Of a stretch of DNA of 64,000 bases, positions 8,148 to 18,700 are shown one piece after another. The stretch comes from an uncultured Acidobacteriaceae bacterium (lineage in GTDB: Bacteria; Acidobacteriota; Terriglobia; Terriglobales; Acidobacteriaceae), in contig CAWIBI010000055.1 in the NCBI GenBank assembly GCA_963834205.1, forward strand, positions 162 to 64,161. The letters are read 5' to 3'. The translations under genes were made by a program, and so were the position numbers. Numbering within the stretch: the stretch's first letter is position 1; each line of letters begins with the position of its first letter. Below the pieces are notes generated by a model, which made no database searches, had not been told where the DNA came from, and saw only the letters and a list, made by a program, of their open reading frames with translations.

Positions 8148-10950
8148 ATGGCGTAGATCTCTCGCATACGCACACTTTTCGGAAGAGAAAAACTGGCGCG
8201 GGAGCAAGACGAAGAGCTTGCGTTCCACCTCTCGATTCGCGAGCAATTGAATGTTGAGCAGGGAATGCCGCAGGCAGAGGCTCGTCGTGACGCGAGGCGG
8301 CGCTTCGGGAATCCAAGCTTGTGGGGAGAGCGGATGAGCGAGGTCGATCTAATGATCCTGCCGCAGACCGTGCTCCTGGATCTACGCTATGGAGCCCGCA
8401 TCTTGTGGCGCAACATGGGATTCACGATTGCTGCCGTTCTCGCGCTGGCGATTGGCATCGGGGTGAACACAGCCGCTTTTACCGCCTACAAGGCGTTCTT
8501 CAAGCGACCTCTCAATGCTCGCGAACCCGGCCGGATGGTTAACCTGGCGCTTATGCTGCGTTCGGGCTCAGGCGATCAAGCAGTCAATCCGCTAGCCTTT
8601 TTCAGCATTCCCGACTACGAAGCTTATCGGGACGACATTCACTCGTTCGACGGACTGATTGCCGCCACCAACCCGCAGTACCTTAGGCTTACGGGAGCGG
8701 GAGGAGTTGCGAGCCAGCGCAGCTCTTCGGCTGGGTCGCTGTTGGGAAGACTAATGCTTCCGAGCGTCAACAACGCGGAGACTGCCAGTACGTTTCTGGT
8801 CTCGGAAAATTACTTTTCGGTTCTCGGGGTTGGCGCAATGCGCGGCCGGATCTTTGCGGCTGGGGATTCTTCAAAGTTTTCCGCATCTCCATCGGCGCTG
8901 ATTAGCGAGAACTACTGGCAGAAGCGGTTTGGCGGAGATCCCGCGGTGCTAGGCATGACCATCCGTCTAAATGGGAGCGCCTTTACGATCGTGGGGATCA
9001 CACCGCACAACTTTGTGGGTACGAGTGTGGAAGCACCTGATTTCTGGCTTCCGCTCAATCTTGAGCCATTGGTTCATCCTGACGACAATTGGCTGCATAA
9101 CCGGGAGAGCCTGTGCTGCAGGATGTTTGCCCGGCTGGCTCCCGGAGTCAGCATCGATCAAGCGCAGGCGGAGATGACCCTGCTTGCCGGCCAGCTTCGT
9201 ACCTTACACGACCCTCACTCCGATTTGGGCAAAGTGACGAAGGCGGCGATCTGGCCAGGCTCTCCGTTTCCGTATCCTATGAAGCAGGAAGGCGGGCTGG
9301 AATACGCGATTCTGTTGATTATGGCCGCGGTTGGAATGGTGCTGGTGATTGCCTGCGCAAATGTGGCCTGCCTGCAACTCGCGCGCGCGGCATCGCGCCA
9401 AAGTGAGTTGGGGATGCGGATGTCGCTGGGAGCCAGCCGATGCGCGGATCATCCGGCAATTGTTGACGGAAAGCGCACTGCTGGGTCTGGTAGCCGGAGC
9501 CGTTGCCTTGCTTTTCAGTTGGGCCTTCCTGCAAGTAGTGGTGGTCTTAATCGCGAATGCATTCCCGGCTGAATATGGCACGTTTATCTTCCATGTGACG
9601 CCGGACCTGGGAATCTTTGCGTACGTGTTTTGCCTCAGCCTGGCGGCCGGTATCCTGTTTGGGTTAGCGCCTGCGCTAGAAAGCTCTGGAGCGGCGCTTT
9701 CGTCCGCTTTGAAGGCCAACTCGGGAACCGCCAAGGCAGGCAACCGCCGGATGCGCAACTTCCTGATGGCGGCCCAGGTTGCCGTCTCGTTGATGCTGTT
9801 GATCGCTGGAAGCATGTTGATTCGAAGCTCGATTCGCGCACTCAAGATGGACACCGGTTACGACGGCAAAGAAGTCGTGAATCTCGAGCTGCGATTTCCC
9901 GAGGGGCAGAAATACAGTGCCGACCATCAAAATAGCCTCATCCGTGAGCTTCGGGCCCGGCTGGCCGCTCTGCCTGGGGTGGCTGCAATTACCAGCGCCC
10001 GGGCGCCGGACGGCAATGGGTTGCGCACAGCGGCCGTTTCGCTGAATGGAGAAAAACCCTCGCCGCAAAATACACGAGCGATCCTCTATTACTCGTACGT
10101 TCAGCCGAACTACTTTCAAACGCTGGGCATTCCGCTACTGTTCGGCCACGGATTTCAAACGCAAGCCAGCCAGCCTGAGACCGCGGTTATCCTGAGCCAA
10201 TCGGCGGCGCAATTGCTGTGGCCGAGACAGAACCCGATTGGCCGCAGACTGCGTTTGGCGCCCGGGGGCCAGTTCCCAATGAAGGGCGAAGTTTTTGCCG
10301 AAGGGCCGGGGTACGAGGTGATCGGCGTGGCTCGCGATACGCGGGGAGTCTTGTTGGATGGAACCGATTCCGAGCAGATCTATGTTCCGATGCCCGACGA
10401 CCGGCTGCAGGATTTCCCTATTCTGATGCGGACCCAGGCTGCCCCGGCGCAGATTATGAATGCGATCGGGCCGACGGTCTTGTCCATCGATCCAAATGTC
10501 GCGGCATACTCTTTCACTCTGAAAGAGATGCTTCGCCAGACGGAGTCTTTCCTCGCTTCGAGCATATCGGCGGCAATCGCTTCGGGGGTCGGTATGCTGG
10601 GGCTTCTGCTGGCTTCCATGGGCATATACGGGACCGTGAGCTATGTGGTTGTTCTGCGTACGCGCGAGGTGGGCATCCGCATGGCTCTGGGCGCAAAGAA
10701 AAGTGACGTTCTGATCCTCATGCTGCGCGAAAGCACTCGCCCCGTGGTCGCAGGATTGATCGCAGGAATGGTTCTCGCCGAGGGAGCGTCTTATTTGCTG
10801 CGCGGAGTACTCTATGGGCTCCACACGGTCGACGGGGTCTCATTCGCCGGCGTCTCGCTCCTGTTTCTGGCCATCGCGCTGCTCGCGTCGTACTTACCAT
10901 CCCGGAAAGCCATGCGGGTCGATCCCATCGTGGCTCTCAGATACGAATAG
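8148..10950 (+). pseudogene. ADOP-family (MacB/FtsX-like duplicated) ABC permease, disrupted by an in-frame TAG at codon 3 and one frameshift
   Basis: ATG 8148, GCG, then TAG at 8154-8156. The same frame continues with the canonical N-terminus ISRIRTLFGREKLAREQDEELAFHL...GMPQAEARRDARRRFGN. The reading frame switches near 9438-9446 (...MRMSLGASR | ARIIRQLLTESALLGL...). The C-terminus RKAMRVDPIVALRYE is typical of the family. Confidence 0.75.
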
Positions 10951-11198
10951 CCCAGTCCGTGCTCTTCGAGAAGCGAATCATCCGGAATTCGACCCGCATA
11001 CCCGGGATAACCCACTTCATCCTGTTGCGTGGCCGCAAGAGCTCCCGGATGGGCGAGCCCCAAAAACCCATCCCCCTGCAAAAAACCCCGGAAAATTTTG
11101 GGATTCGGGAAAACCCAACCCCAAGTTTCAGCGTCACTTCTGTAGGCGTGTCGTGCTTTCTGAAGCGGCAGGATTTCTTAAGGTAAAGGAGGAATGGT

Positions 11199-11342
11199 AT
11201 GGCCGGCACAAAGAAGTGCGCTCATCCCGCGTGCAGTTGCATCGCACCGGATAAGCAAAAGTACTGTAGCCAAATCTGCCAGGACTCAAAGAACGTGACA
11301 GCCCTCGCGTGCCACTGCGACCATCCGGCCTGCCGTGCATGA
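11199..11342 (+). CDS. Small Cys/His-rich protein, bacterial metallothionein-like (SmtA/BmtA type), 47 aa
   Basis: Absent from the ORF track, probably because it is under 60 aa. AAGGAGG at 11186-11192 lies 6 nt before ATG 11199. Translation: MAGTKKCAHPACSCIAPDKQKYCSQICQDSKNVTALACHCDHPACRA (8 Cys, 3 His). KCAHPACSC and YCSQIC resemble the SmtA motifs KCACEPCLC and YYCSEAC. Confidence 0.6.
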   Translation: MAGTKKCAHPACSCIAPDKQKYCSQICQDSKNVTALACHCDHPACRA

Positions 11343-11867
11343 CGCACTGAAAGCGAAGTGATGCGGCTCGCCTGGATTTGCCGGGCGAATGATCATCACC
11401 GTCGATAAAAGCGAGCCGCCCAATCAAAGTTCCTTCGGGAAATAGCCCTTTAGTGAGGCTAAGGGTCAAGCTCGCCCAGTGCCCAACGGGTCTGGGTGGC
11501 AAGGAAAAGCGAATGATTGAACGCCGGCAAATCGACCATTTAGAGCTCCTGCGGCTTGGCAAAACACTCCTGTTGCTGGTTAGAAGACAAGAACTGCTCG
11601 TGCATATCCCGGCCACCACTCCACCCACCAACGCAGTATGCGGGAGCCCCGAACGCGCGACCTGAAACAGATGGCCTTCTACTGAACGGTTCTGCTTTCG
11701 CCGGTCACCGCGAGGCCGGGGATCCTGGGCCGGACGTTAGGCCTTGTGATCGAAGGTCTATGTCAGGGTGAGGCTTATCCTGGTTCGTTATCCTGGTTGG
11801 TTGGACCTTTCATTCCATCCCCTTTGCCGTCGTCCGTCCCGACTGTACCCTGCCCGACGGACCAAGT

Positions 11868-11881
11868 GGTGCAATTGCACC
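11868..11881. promoter_or_regulatory. Perfect 14-bp palindrome GGTGCAATTGCACC upstream of the GH5-like gene (candidate operator)
   Basis: Read directly. It lies about 80 nt upstream of the start at 11963. No cognate regulator is assigned. Confidence 0.25.
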
Positions 11882-11962
11882 ATATCGGCGCTGCTCATCG
11901 CATGGCAAACTATCCACAAAACAAGATAGCAACAACCAATTGTTCCGAGAGAAAGCGTATAT

Positions 11963-13135
11963 ATGCTCAAGGAATTTAGAAAGCTTGCTTGTGCTGTAGC
12001 CGTACTCACCATCATGCTCATGGCCGCGCCGGCCATGGCCAGAGAACGCTGGACGGCCGATCAGGCCGAGACGTGGTATGCCGCCCAGCCGTGGCCAGTG
12101 GGAAGCGACTATATCCCGGCGAGCGCGATCAATCAGTTGGAGATGTGGCAGGCCGATACCTTCGACCCTGAACGAATCGACCTCGAACTGGGTTGGGCAG
12201 AGAGTCTGGGAATGAACACAATGCGGGTCTTCCTGCATGACCTTCTTTGGCAGCAGGACAAGACTGGCTTCAATAAACGGATCGACATCTTCTTAAGTAT
12301 CGCGGACAAACATCACATCCGACCGGTGTTGGTGATCTTCGATTCTTGCTGGGATCCTTTTCCCAAGCTTGGTCCGCAGCATCCTCCGATACCCGGTGTC
12401 CATAACTCCGGATGGGTACAAAGTCCGGGAGCCCAGGCATTGCAAACGCCTTCCGAATACCCTCGGCTTGAGGAGTATGTGAAGGGCGTGGTTGGACGCT
12501 TTGCCACAGACCGCCGGATCCTTGCCTGGGACCTGTGGAACGAGCCCGACAACGACAACGGAGGCCCACTGGGCGCTTACGGCCGGTTCGATCCCAGGAA
12601 CAAAGCGGAGATCATCGCTACGCTGCTCCCCCAAGTCTTTGCGTGGGCGCGCTCGGTGAATCCGGAGCAACCGTTGACCAGCGGGGTGTGGAAAGGCGAC
12701 TGGTCCTCTGAATCCGCCATGAGCGAGGTGGCACGCATCCAGGTAAACGAATCGGATGTGCTTTCCTTTCACAACTACGGGTGGCCGGAAGATTTTGAGC
12801 AACATGTTGTGTGGCTCCAGCGCTATCATCGCCCGCTGATCTGCACCGAGTACATGGCGCGGGGAAACGGCAGCACCTTCGATCAAACCTTGCCCATAGC
12901 GAAGAAATACAAGGTGGGCGCCATCAATTGGGGGCTGGTCGCGGGGAAAACGCAGACCTACCTGCCATGGGACTCGTGGCAGCGACCCTATGTGCTGGAG
13001 CAGCCGCCGCTGTGGTTCCACGACGTCTTTCGCAGCGATGGAACGCCGTATCGTGTACGCGAGGTTGAAATCATTCGCAGCCTTACAGGAGCGTCCGCGG
13101 CTTCTTCATCAACGGCCGGATCTTCGGGACGTTGA
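11963..13135 (+). CDS. Secreted clan GH-A TIM-barrel glycoside hydrolase (GH5-like)
   Basis: 390-aa ORF with signal peptide (LACAVAVLTIMLMAAPAMA). WDLWNEPDN is an acid/base NEP motif. PLICTEYMA is a candidate nucleophile Glu. Confidence 0.7.
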   Translation: MLKEFRKLACAVAVLTIMLMAAPAMARERWTADQAETWYAAQPWPVGSDYIPASAINQLEMWQADTFDPERIDLELGWAESLGMNTMRVFLHDLLWQQDKTGFNKRIDIFLSIADKHHIRPVLVIFDSCWDPFPKLGPQHPPIPGVHNSGWVQSPGAQALQTPSEYPRLEEYVKGVVGRFATDRRILAWDLWNEPDNDNGGPLGAYGRFDPRNKAEIIATLLPQVFAWARSVNPEQPLTSGVWKGDWSSESAMSEVARIQVNESDVLSFHNYGWPEDFEQHVVWLQRYHRPLICTEYMARGNGSTFDQTLPIAKKYKVGAINWGLVAGKTQTYLPWDSWQRPYVLEQPPLWFHDVFRSDGTPYRVREVEIIRSLTGASAASSSTAGSSGR

Positions 13136-13143
13136 GCCATGGT

Positions 13144-13175
13144 GCCGGCTATCGAGCCGGCGTCCTGTTCTCGGG
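13144..13175 (+). terminator. Candidate intrinsic terminator after the GH5-like gene
   Basis: Hairpin GCCGGCT-atcg-AGCCGGC (13144-13161) begins 9 nt after the stop and is followed by a moderately T-rich stretch gtcctgttctc. The U-tract is weak. Confidence 0.3.
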
Positions 13176-13360
13176 CTTCGGTGGTCGAAGAGCTCAGAAC
13201 AGCATGGGTAAGACAAGCACCGCCGGGGTCCTTCGGCTGCGCGCCGTCAAGCGCCGTGTCACGCTATAAATGTGTGAGGCGCTCCGCTCAAGGATGACGA
13301 TTTTGTGGTGAGTTGGAGAGAAAATCCCAAACAAAGCGAGCATTCTCCCGGGCAATGCGG

Positions 13361-14425
13361 CTACGGAGTCGGCGTGAGAGTGTAGCCGCGGCGCAGCTTG
13401 TTCTGCTGCTCAGTGAGCCGCTGAGCAAGGGCCAATTCCTGTTGTGATTGCTCGGCCTGCCCGAGGCGGGCGAGGGTCATGCCATAGTACCGGTGGGCGG
13501 TGATGTAGTCGGGCGCGTAAAGGACCGCCTGTTTCAAGTATCTTTCCGCGGCGGCATAGTCTTTGGCGCGAAATGCCAGCACCCCCATACCGGCAAGCGC
13601 GCCACCATGATTCGGAGCGGAAGCCAATACCCTGGTGTATGCGTCCTTCGCGGCAGCATCGTTATACAACTCGAGCGCGATCTGGCCTAGCTCGTAGTAA
13701 GACTCGGTCTGGTGTGGCTGGAGCGCGATCGAGCGGTCAAGCTCCACCTTTGCCTGTTCGTCCTTTGCCATCATGTGCAGAAGGTGGCCAAGCCCGTAGT
13801 GGGCGGTCGCGTCTTCGGGCCTGATCTTGAGGTAGGCGCGCAGATGGTCTTCGGCTTTATCGGTCTTTTGCTCGTCAAGCTCAACATGAGCGAGCGCATA
13901 GAGCGCCTTTTCGTTTTGCGGCTCCAGGCGGAGGGCCTCGGAGAGCGCCTCGTCGGCGTCCTTATATATCTGCATGCTGTCTGCCTGGATGCCGAAGGCG
14001 ATCAAGAGTTCCGGCGACTTCGGAACATATCCTTTTGCGCGCACCAGGCAGGCCAGCGCGCGGTCCGAGTTGCCGGCGGCGCGATCGGCAAGCGCGGCGG
14101 CGATGGCTGCGCGCACCTCTCCGGCCTGTGCCTGCGACGACTCCGGCTCGGCTTTGAGCACCGCCTCAAACGAGCGCATCGCGTCGTCGTTGAGCGACTG
14201 CGCAAATTGCACCTCGCCTAACTGTTGCCACGCCGGAAGGTTTTTGGGATCAGCGGCAACCAGCGTGGAGAGAATCTCGTTTGCCTGCTGAAAATGATTC
14301 GCGGCGGCAAGAGCTTGGGCATTCTGAAGGGTGTCTGACGACGGCGAAGCCTGAGCCTGGAGATATGGCGTGAGGACGAGGAGCGAGATTAGTAGAGTTG
14401 AAGAACAACCGAGTCGCGAAGTCAT
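13361..14425 (-). CDS. Secreted TPR protein
   Basis: 354-aa ORF with signal-like N-terminus and TPR signatures throughout. Its start overlaps the upstream gene's stop as ATGA (14422-14425). Confidence 0.8.
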   Translation of the reverse strand: MTSRLGCSSTLLISLLVLTPYLQAQASPSSDTLQNAQALAAANHFQQANEILSTLVAADPKNLPAWQQLGEVQFAQSLNDDAMRSFEAVLKAEPESSQAQAGEVRAAIAAALADRAAGNSDRALACLVRAKGYVPKSPELLIAFGIQADSMQIYKDADEALSEALRLEPQNEKALYALAHVELDEQKTDKAEDHLRAYLKIRPEDATAHYGLGHLLHMMAKDEQAKVELDRSIALQPHQTESYYELGQIALELYNDAAAKDAYTRVLASAPNHGGALAGMGVLAFRAKDYAAAERYLKQAVLYAPDYITAHRYYGMTLARLGQAEQSQQELALAQRLTEQQNKLRRGYTLTPTP

Positions 14426-15588
14426 TTCGCCGGCTCATCGACGGCGCCGGTCAGCTTGCGCCAGTCTTCCCCCTCCTTCGCGCTGGCTTCGTCGGCCGCC
14501 TGCCTGAGCTGCTCGTACTTCAGCACTGCCGCCCGGGCCTCCGCGGTGTTTCCCAGGCGGCGGTAGGCTTGTGAGAGCGCATACCAGGCCTGGCGCTGCA
14601 TCTCGCCTTGCAATTGCGTCGCGCGCACAAATGCCTGCACCGCCTGGTCGTCCTTTCCCTGCGCCGCCAACGCCCTTCCCAGGTAATAGTCTGCTCCGGT
14701 GGGGTGGTTGTAAATTTTGACGACCTGCTCAAGCAATGGGACCGCCGCGCTCCCCTGTCCGCTGTCCACCTGGGCGCTCCCCAGGTTATACATGGCGATG
14801 GGATTTCCCGGGGTTAATCGCAACTGCTCGGCGAAGGCCTTCGCGGCCAAATCGGCATGGCCGAGTTGGCGATATTCCCATCCCAGGCCTTCGTAGAGCT
14901 CGGGCTCTTTGGGGGCGAGCTTGATGGCTTGTTGATACTCCTCGACTGCGTGAGGATGATCGAGAGCCTGCGCATCGATGGCGGCGTTGAGACGGTGCAG
15001 GCGCCACGATGTGGGATCGAGCTTGAAGAGGGCCGTATAACTTTGTCTGGCCGCCGCCATGTGCGCCTGGACACGGTAATCGAGCACATTCTCGTCTGAC
15101 GGCGCAAGCTCGGCGGCGCGATCGAGCGGGTCGACAGCTAACTCGGGATGGGGCGAGTTCAACTCAACAATGCCAAGCCAGGTAAGCGCTTCTACATTCT
15201 TCGGATCTTCCTGAAGCGCCAGACGCAGATCGGCGAGAGCGTCGTCCGCATGGCTGCTCTGGTACTCGGCAATGCCGAGAAAGAGGTGGGCGGCGGGAGA
15301 GGACGGATCGAGTTCCAACGATTTCCTGATGGACTCGATTGCTTCCAGCAGCTTGCCTTCTTTCAATTGAGCGAGTCCCAGATCGAGATGCGCCGGGGCA
15401 AAGCTGGGATCCACTTCCGTGGCTTTACGAAACGCAGTTTCTGCTGCAGCTGCATTTCCAGCCTTCATCGCTGCGGCACCATCCCGGAAGAGCGACTGCA
15501 GCGTATCCGGCGTCTGGGGAAACGCGGCCAGCGAGAAGGTGAAGGGAATTGCCAGCAGCCAGAGATGTCGATGTGTTAGAGACTTCAT
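14422..15588 (-). CDS. Secreted TPR protein
   Basis: The track ORF extends to 15687. The ATG at 15586-15588 gives MKSLTHRHLWLLAIPFTFSLAAFPQ, a good signal peptide. TPR signatures throughout. Confidence 0.8.
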   Translation of the reverse strand: MKSLTHRHLWLLAIPFTFSLAAFPQTPDTLQSLFRDGAAAMKAGNAAAAETAFRKATEVDPSFAPAHLDLGLAQLKEGKLLEAIESIRKSLELDPSSPAAHLFLGIAEYQSSHADDALADLRLALQEDPKNVEALTWLGIVELNSPHPELAVDPLDRAAELAPSDENVLDYRVQAHMAAARQSYTALFKLDPTSWRLHRLNAAIDAQALDHPHAVEEYQQAIKLAPKEPELYEGLGWEYRQLGHADLAAKAFAEQLRLTPGNPIAMYNLGSAQVDSGQGSAAVPLLEQVVKIYNHPTGADYYLGRALAAQGKDDQAVQAFVRATQLQGEMQRQAWYALSQAYRRLGNTAEARAAVLKYEQLRQAADEASAKEGEDWRKLTGAVDEPAK

Positions 15589-15759
15589 AGAGCTAACGCA
15601 AAGCAGGGCTAGCGTAAGGTCCTGCTTTGCTCTAAGGCACACGCTAGAAGAGCAAGACTGCGATGTCAATGCCGCAGGAGGCAACAATTCGTGGAGTCCG
15701 GTAGTAACAAGTCGGGGTGCGCGAGCCCTTCTGGATGCGCACCCCTGGAAGATAAGCGA

Positions 15760-18700
15760 CTAGAAACTAATCCGGCCCGTGACCTGAATGGCGCGGGGAG
15801 AATTGGCTTGATACGTAGGTATACCGAAGGTGAAGTCGGCAGGGTTGTCGTCAGGCGACCCAAACAGATGCCGGTTGAAGGCGTTGAGGAACTCGAACTT
15901 CAGTTCAAATTTAATGTTTTCGTGGATGGGAACATCCTTCAGCACGCTGATGTCCTCGTTCAGCCATGGGGGCATACGGATGTTCGTGACTCTTGGCGTA
16001 TCACCAAGCGTGTAGGGAACCGGTGAGCCGGCCGGCAAAGCGTTCACTGCCGCCACCTGGTCTATAAAAGCGGGTTGCGCTGCGCCCGAGGTGTAAGCTA
16101 ACGCCGAGCTGGTGTTGGCGCCATTGAAGAAGCTGTTGACCGTTGGATCGCTGCCGTTGGCGGTGTTAAAGGGTTGAATCTTCTTCCATCCGCTCTGGTA
16201 GACCGCGCTCTTGATGGGAACTCCGGGAACGGCGTTGTAGCGCGTCGCATTTTGCCACCCGGGAATGCCTTGGGTGCAGCAAAAGGCCATTGGCTGGCCG
16301 TCCTGATAGCGCAGGATGGCCCCTATCTGCCAGCCGCCCACCACATAGGTCGCCGGTCCGGAATTGAGGAACTGCTTACCCCTCCCGAAGGGCAGCTCAT
16401 AAACCGGGGCCAGGACGAAGGTGTTGCGAATGTCCTGAATGCTGATGGCCTTCTCCTGATGCAGATTGCTTGGGTTCTGCACCTGCGGCTGGCCCGGGTT
16501 GGTATTGGGCAGAGCGCTATCGGTATCGTTGATGTTCTTGGCAAAGGTGTAGGACACCTGCAGACTCAAGCCATCGCGGTAGCGGCGTGACAGCGACGCC
16601 AGCAGTGCGTTGTAGCTGGAGTGGCCCGATGCCTCCAGGCAGCAACCGGAGTCAATGTAGTCATACTGCGGAAAAGGCCGGAGGGCACGCTGGATCGGCA
16701 CGTTATTTCCCCATAGGCTGTAGAAGCCGGCGAAGGGCGACGCTACTCCATAAGGATTATTGGCAACGTTGGTGCCGAGCAGATTGCCAAGAGCGATGTC
16801 TTGATAGGGAATGTTGTTGAGGTTCTGGTTGTTCGCTTGGAGGTTTTGCGCCTCGCTGCCCACATAGCCGATGCTGGCGATGAGGTCCTTGGCGACCTCC
16901 TGCTGCACTTGCATGTTGTAGTCGTAGACTGCCGCCGGACGGCCTGCTTTCGGCGCGATGTACGATCCGGAAACGGGCTGGCCGTTGAATTGCCCAGGAT
17001 CGAGGTTGGGGGGAGCGGTAAAAGCCGGATACCCCGCATCGATCACGAACGATGGGTCGAAACCATTGTTGGAGTTGAACGATGGATTCGATTTGTAACC
17101 CGAATTCATGGAGCCACCAAAGTCGTCATATTGCAGAGGACCATACAGGATTCCCGCGCCTCCGCGCAGGACCGTCTTGCCGGATAGCCAGGGCGGGGTG
17201 TAGGCAAAGCCGACGCGCGGCGCGAAGTCCTTAAAGTATGTGTCTGCCCACTTGGTATTGCAGCCAGTGCAAGTGGTGCCGAAGATCAGAGCGCCAGGCA
17301 CACCATATTCGGGATCGTTGGCCGTGTAGCTGAACTGAGAGGTGTAGTTAATCGCCTCCCGGCGAGGCACATCCACGCTGTAGTTCAAGCCCAGGTTGAG
17401 CGTCAAATTTCTGCTGATTTTCCAATCGTCCTGGACATACCCGGAGTAGTACCAGGAGATCCAGCGAGACTGATGCGAATAGACATTTTGGCCGCCACCC
17501 CCAACTAATCCGAGCAGTTCACTGGCCAGACCATTTCCGGTCTCGCCCAGGTTGGGCGAAGCGGCGGTTTGCCCGCTGCTGAAGCTGATGGAAGGAGAGT
17601 TGTTGTTAATCGGCGAGTATTGCTGGTAGCGGATGTCGGTCCCAAATGTCAGGCTATGGCGTCCCTTCTGCCAGGAGATGCTATCGATTAGCCGGAGGCC
17701 GTTGTCGATGTTGTCTCCGTTGTTGGGCATCCCCTCCTGCGCGGTGAAACCGTTGGTAACAACCGGAAAGTTCTTGCTGACTGCGTTGCCGATACCAAGC
17801 AGGCCGAGCCAGTTTTTGTTTTGCAAAGCCGGCTCTGCAAAGTTGATGCTGTTGGAGCGGTTCGAACCGATGATGAAGTGGTTCAACAGATTCGGCGCAA
17901 TGATGTAGTCGAGGCCGAGGCGCCAGAAATGGGTCTCAAAATCCTGCTTCCAGGTGGCGTAGTCGATCGGATATGGAAGGTACTGAGGGGCGCCGGAGAT
18001 ACGGTTGTTATCGCGCGAGCTGTAGGAGCTCCACAGCTTGAGCTTGGAAGTAATACTGGTGTCGATGCGCACCGTGAGGGTGGTGTTCTCGATGGGGGCC
18101 GTGCTGGAGTATGAGAAGTTGTTAAATACGTTTCCATTGGTGGGCGCCGGGAAGTAAGCAAGTATCTTCTGCGCAACCGGAGAGAAGCCCCCAGGAATCT
18201 TATTGCCTGGGAAGGCGGTACGGCACTCAACGCCGTTTACGTTCCTGGTTGTCGAGGGGTCGAAGATCTGTCCTTTGTAGACGGTTGTCCCGTCACAAGG
18301 ATTGGTACCCGCGGCGGTTGCCGGACTTGGATTGAAAATTGCCGGGTTGGAAAAATCGCCGGAAAGTTCCTGCGCAGTAGGCACGGTGGTGATGGTGGTG
18401 GCGCCGAGGTTGTATCTGAGCTGCTCCCAGGCAAAGAAGAAGAAGGTCTTGTCGCGGCCGTCGAAGATTTTCGGTATCCAGACCGGGCCGCTGAATGTGC
18501 CGCCATAGTCGTTCTTGCGGTCCACCGGAGTGGCGAAGGTGGCGAGGCAACTTGCGGTATCGTTGGCTCCGGAGCATTGCTGATCGCGATTGCCGCCATT
18601 GAACCAGAGGTTGGCGTCGAGGGCGGTGTTGCGAAGAATTTCGTAGCCATAGCCATGAAACTTGCTGGTGCCGCTCTTGGTGACAAAGTTTTCAAATCCG

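Noticed and set aside
9438-9446. Programmed ribosomal frameshifting as an explanation for the split ADOP/TBDR genes.
   Set aside because: The junctions I inspected (9438-9446, 35163-35180, 57524-57531, 62895-62905) show no slippery X-XXY-YYZ heptamer or obvious downstream structure. The number of shifts per gene (up to about 12) is incompatible with a programmed mechanism.
10814-11631. Track ORFs 10814-11254 (+, 146 aa) and 11134-11631 (-, 165 aa) in the region after the first ADOP gene.
   Set aside because: They have no family resemblance, are proline/arginine-rich, and overlap the much better supported 47-aa metallothionein-like ORF with its strong RBS.
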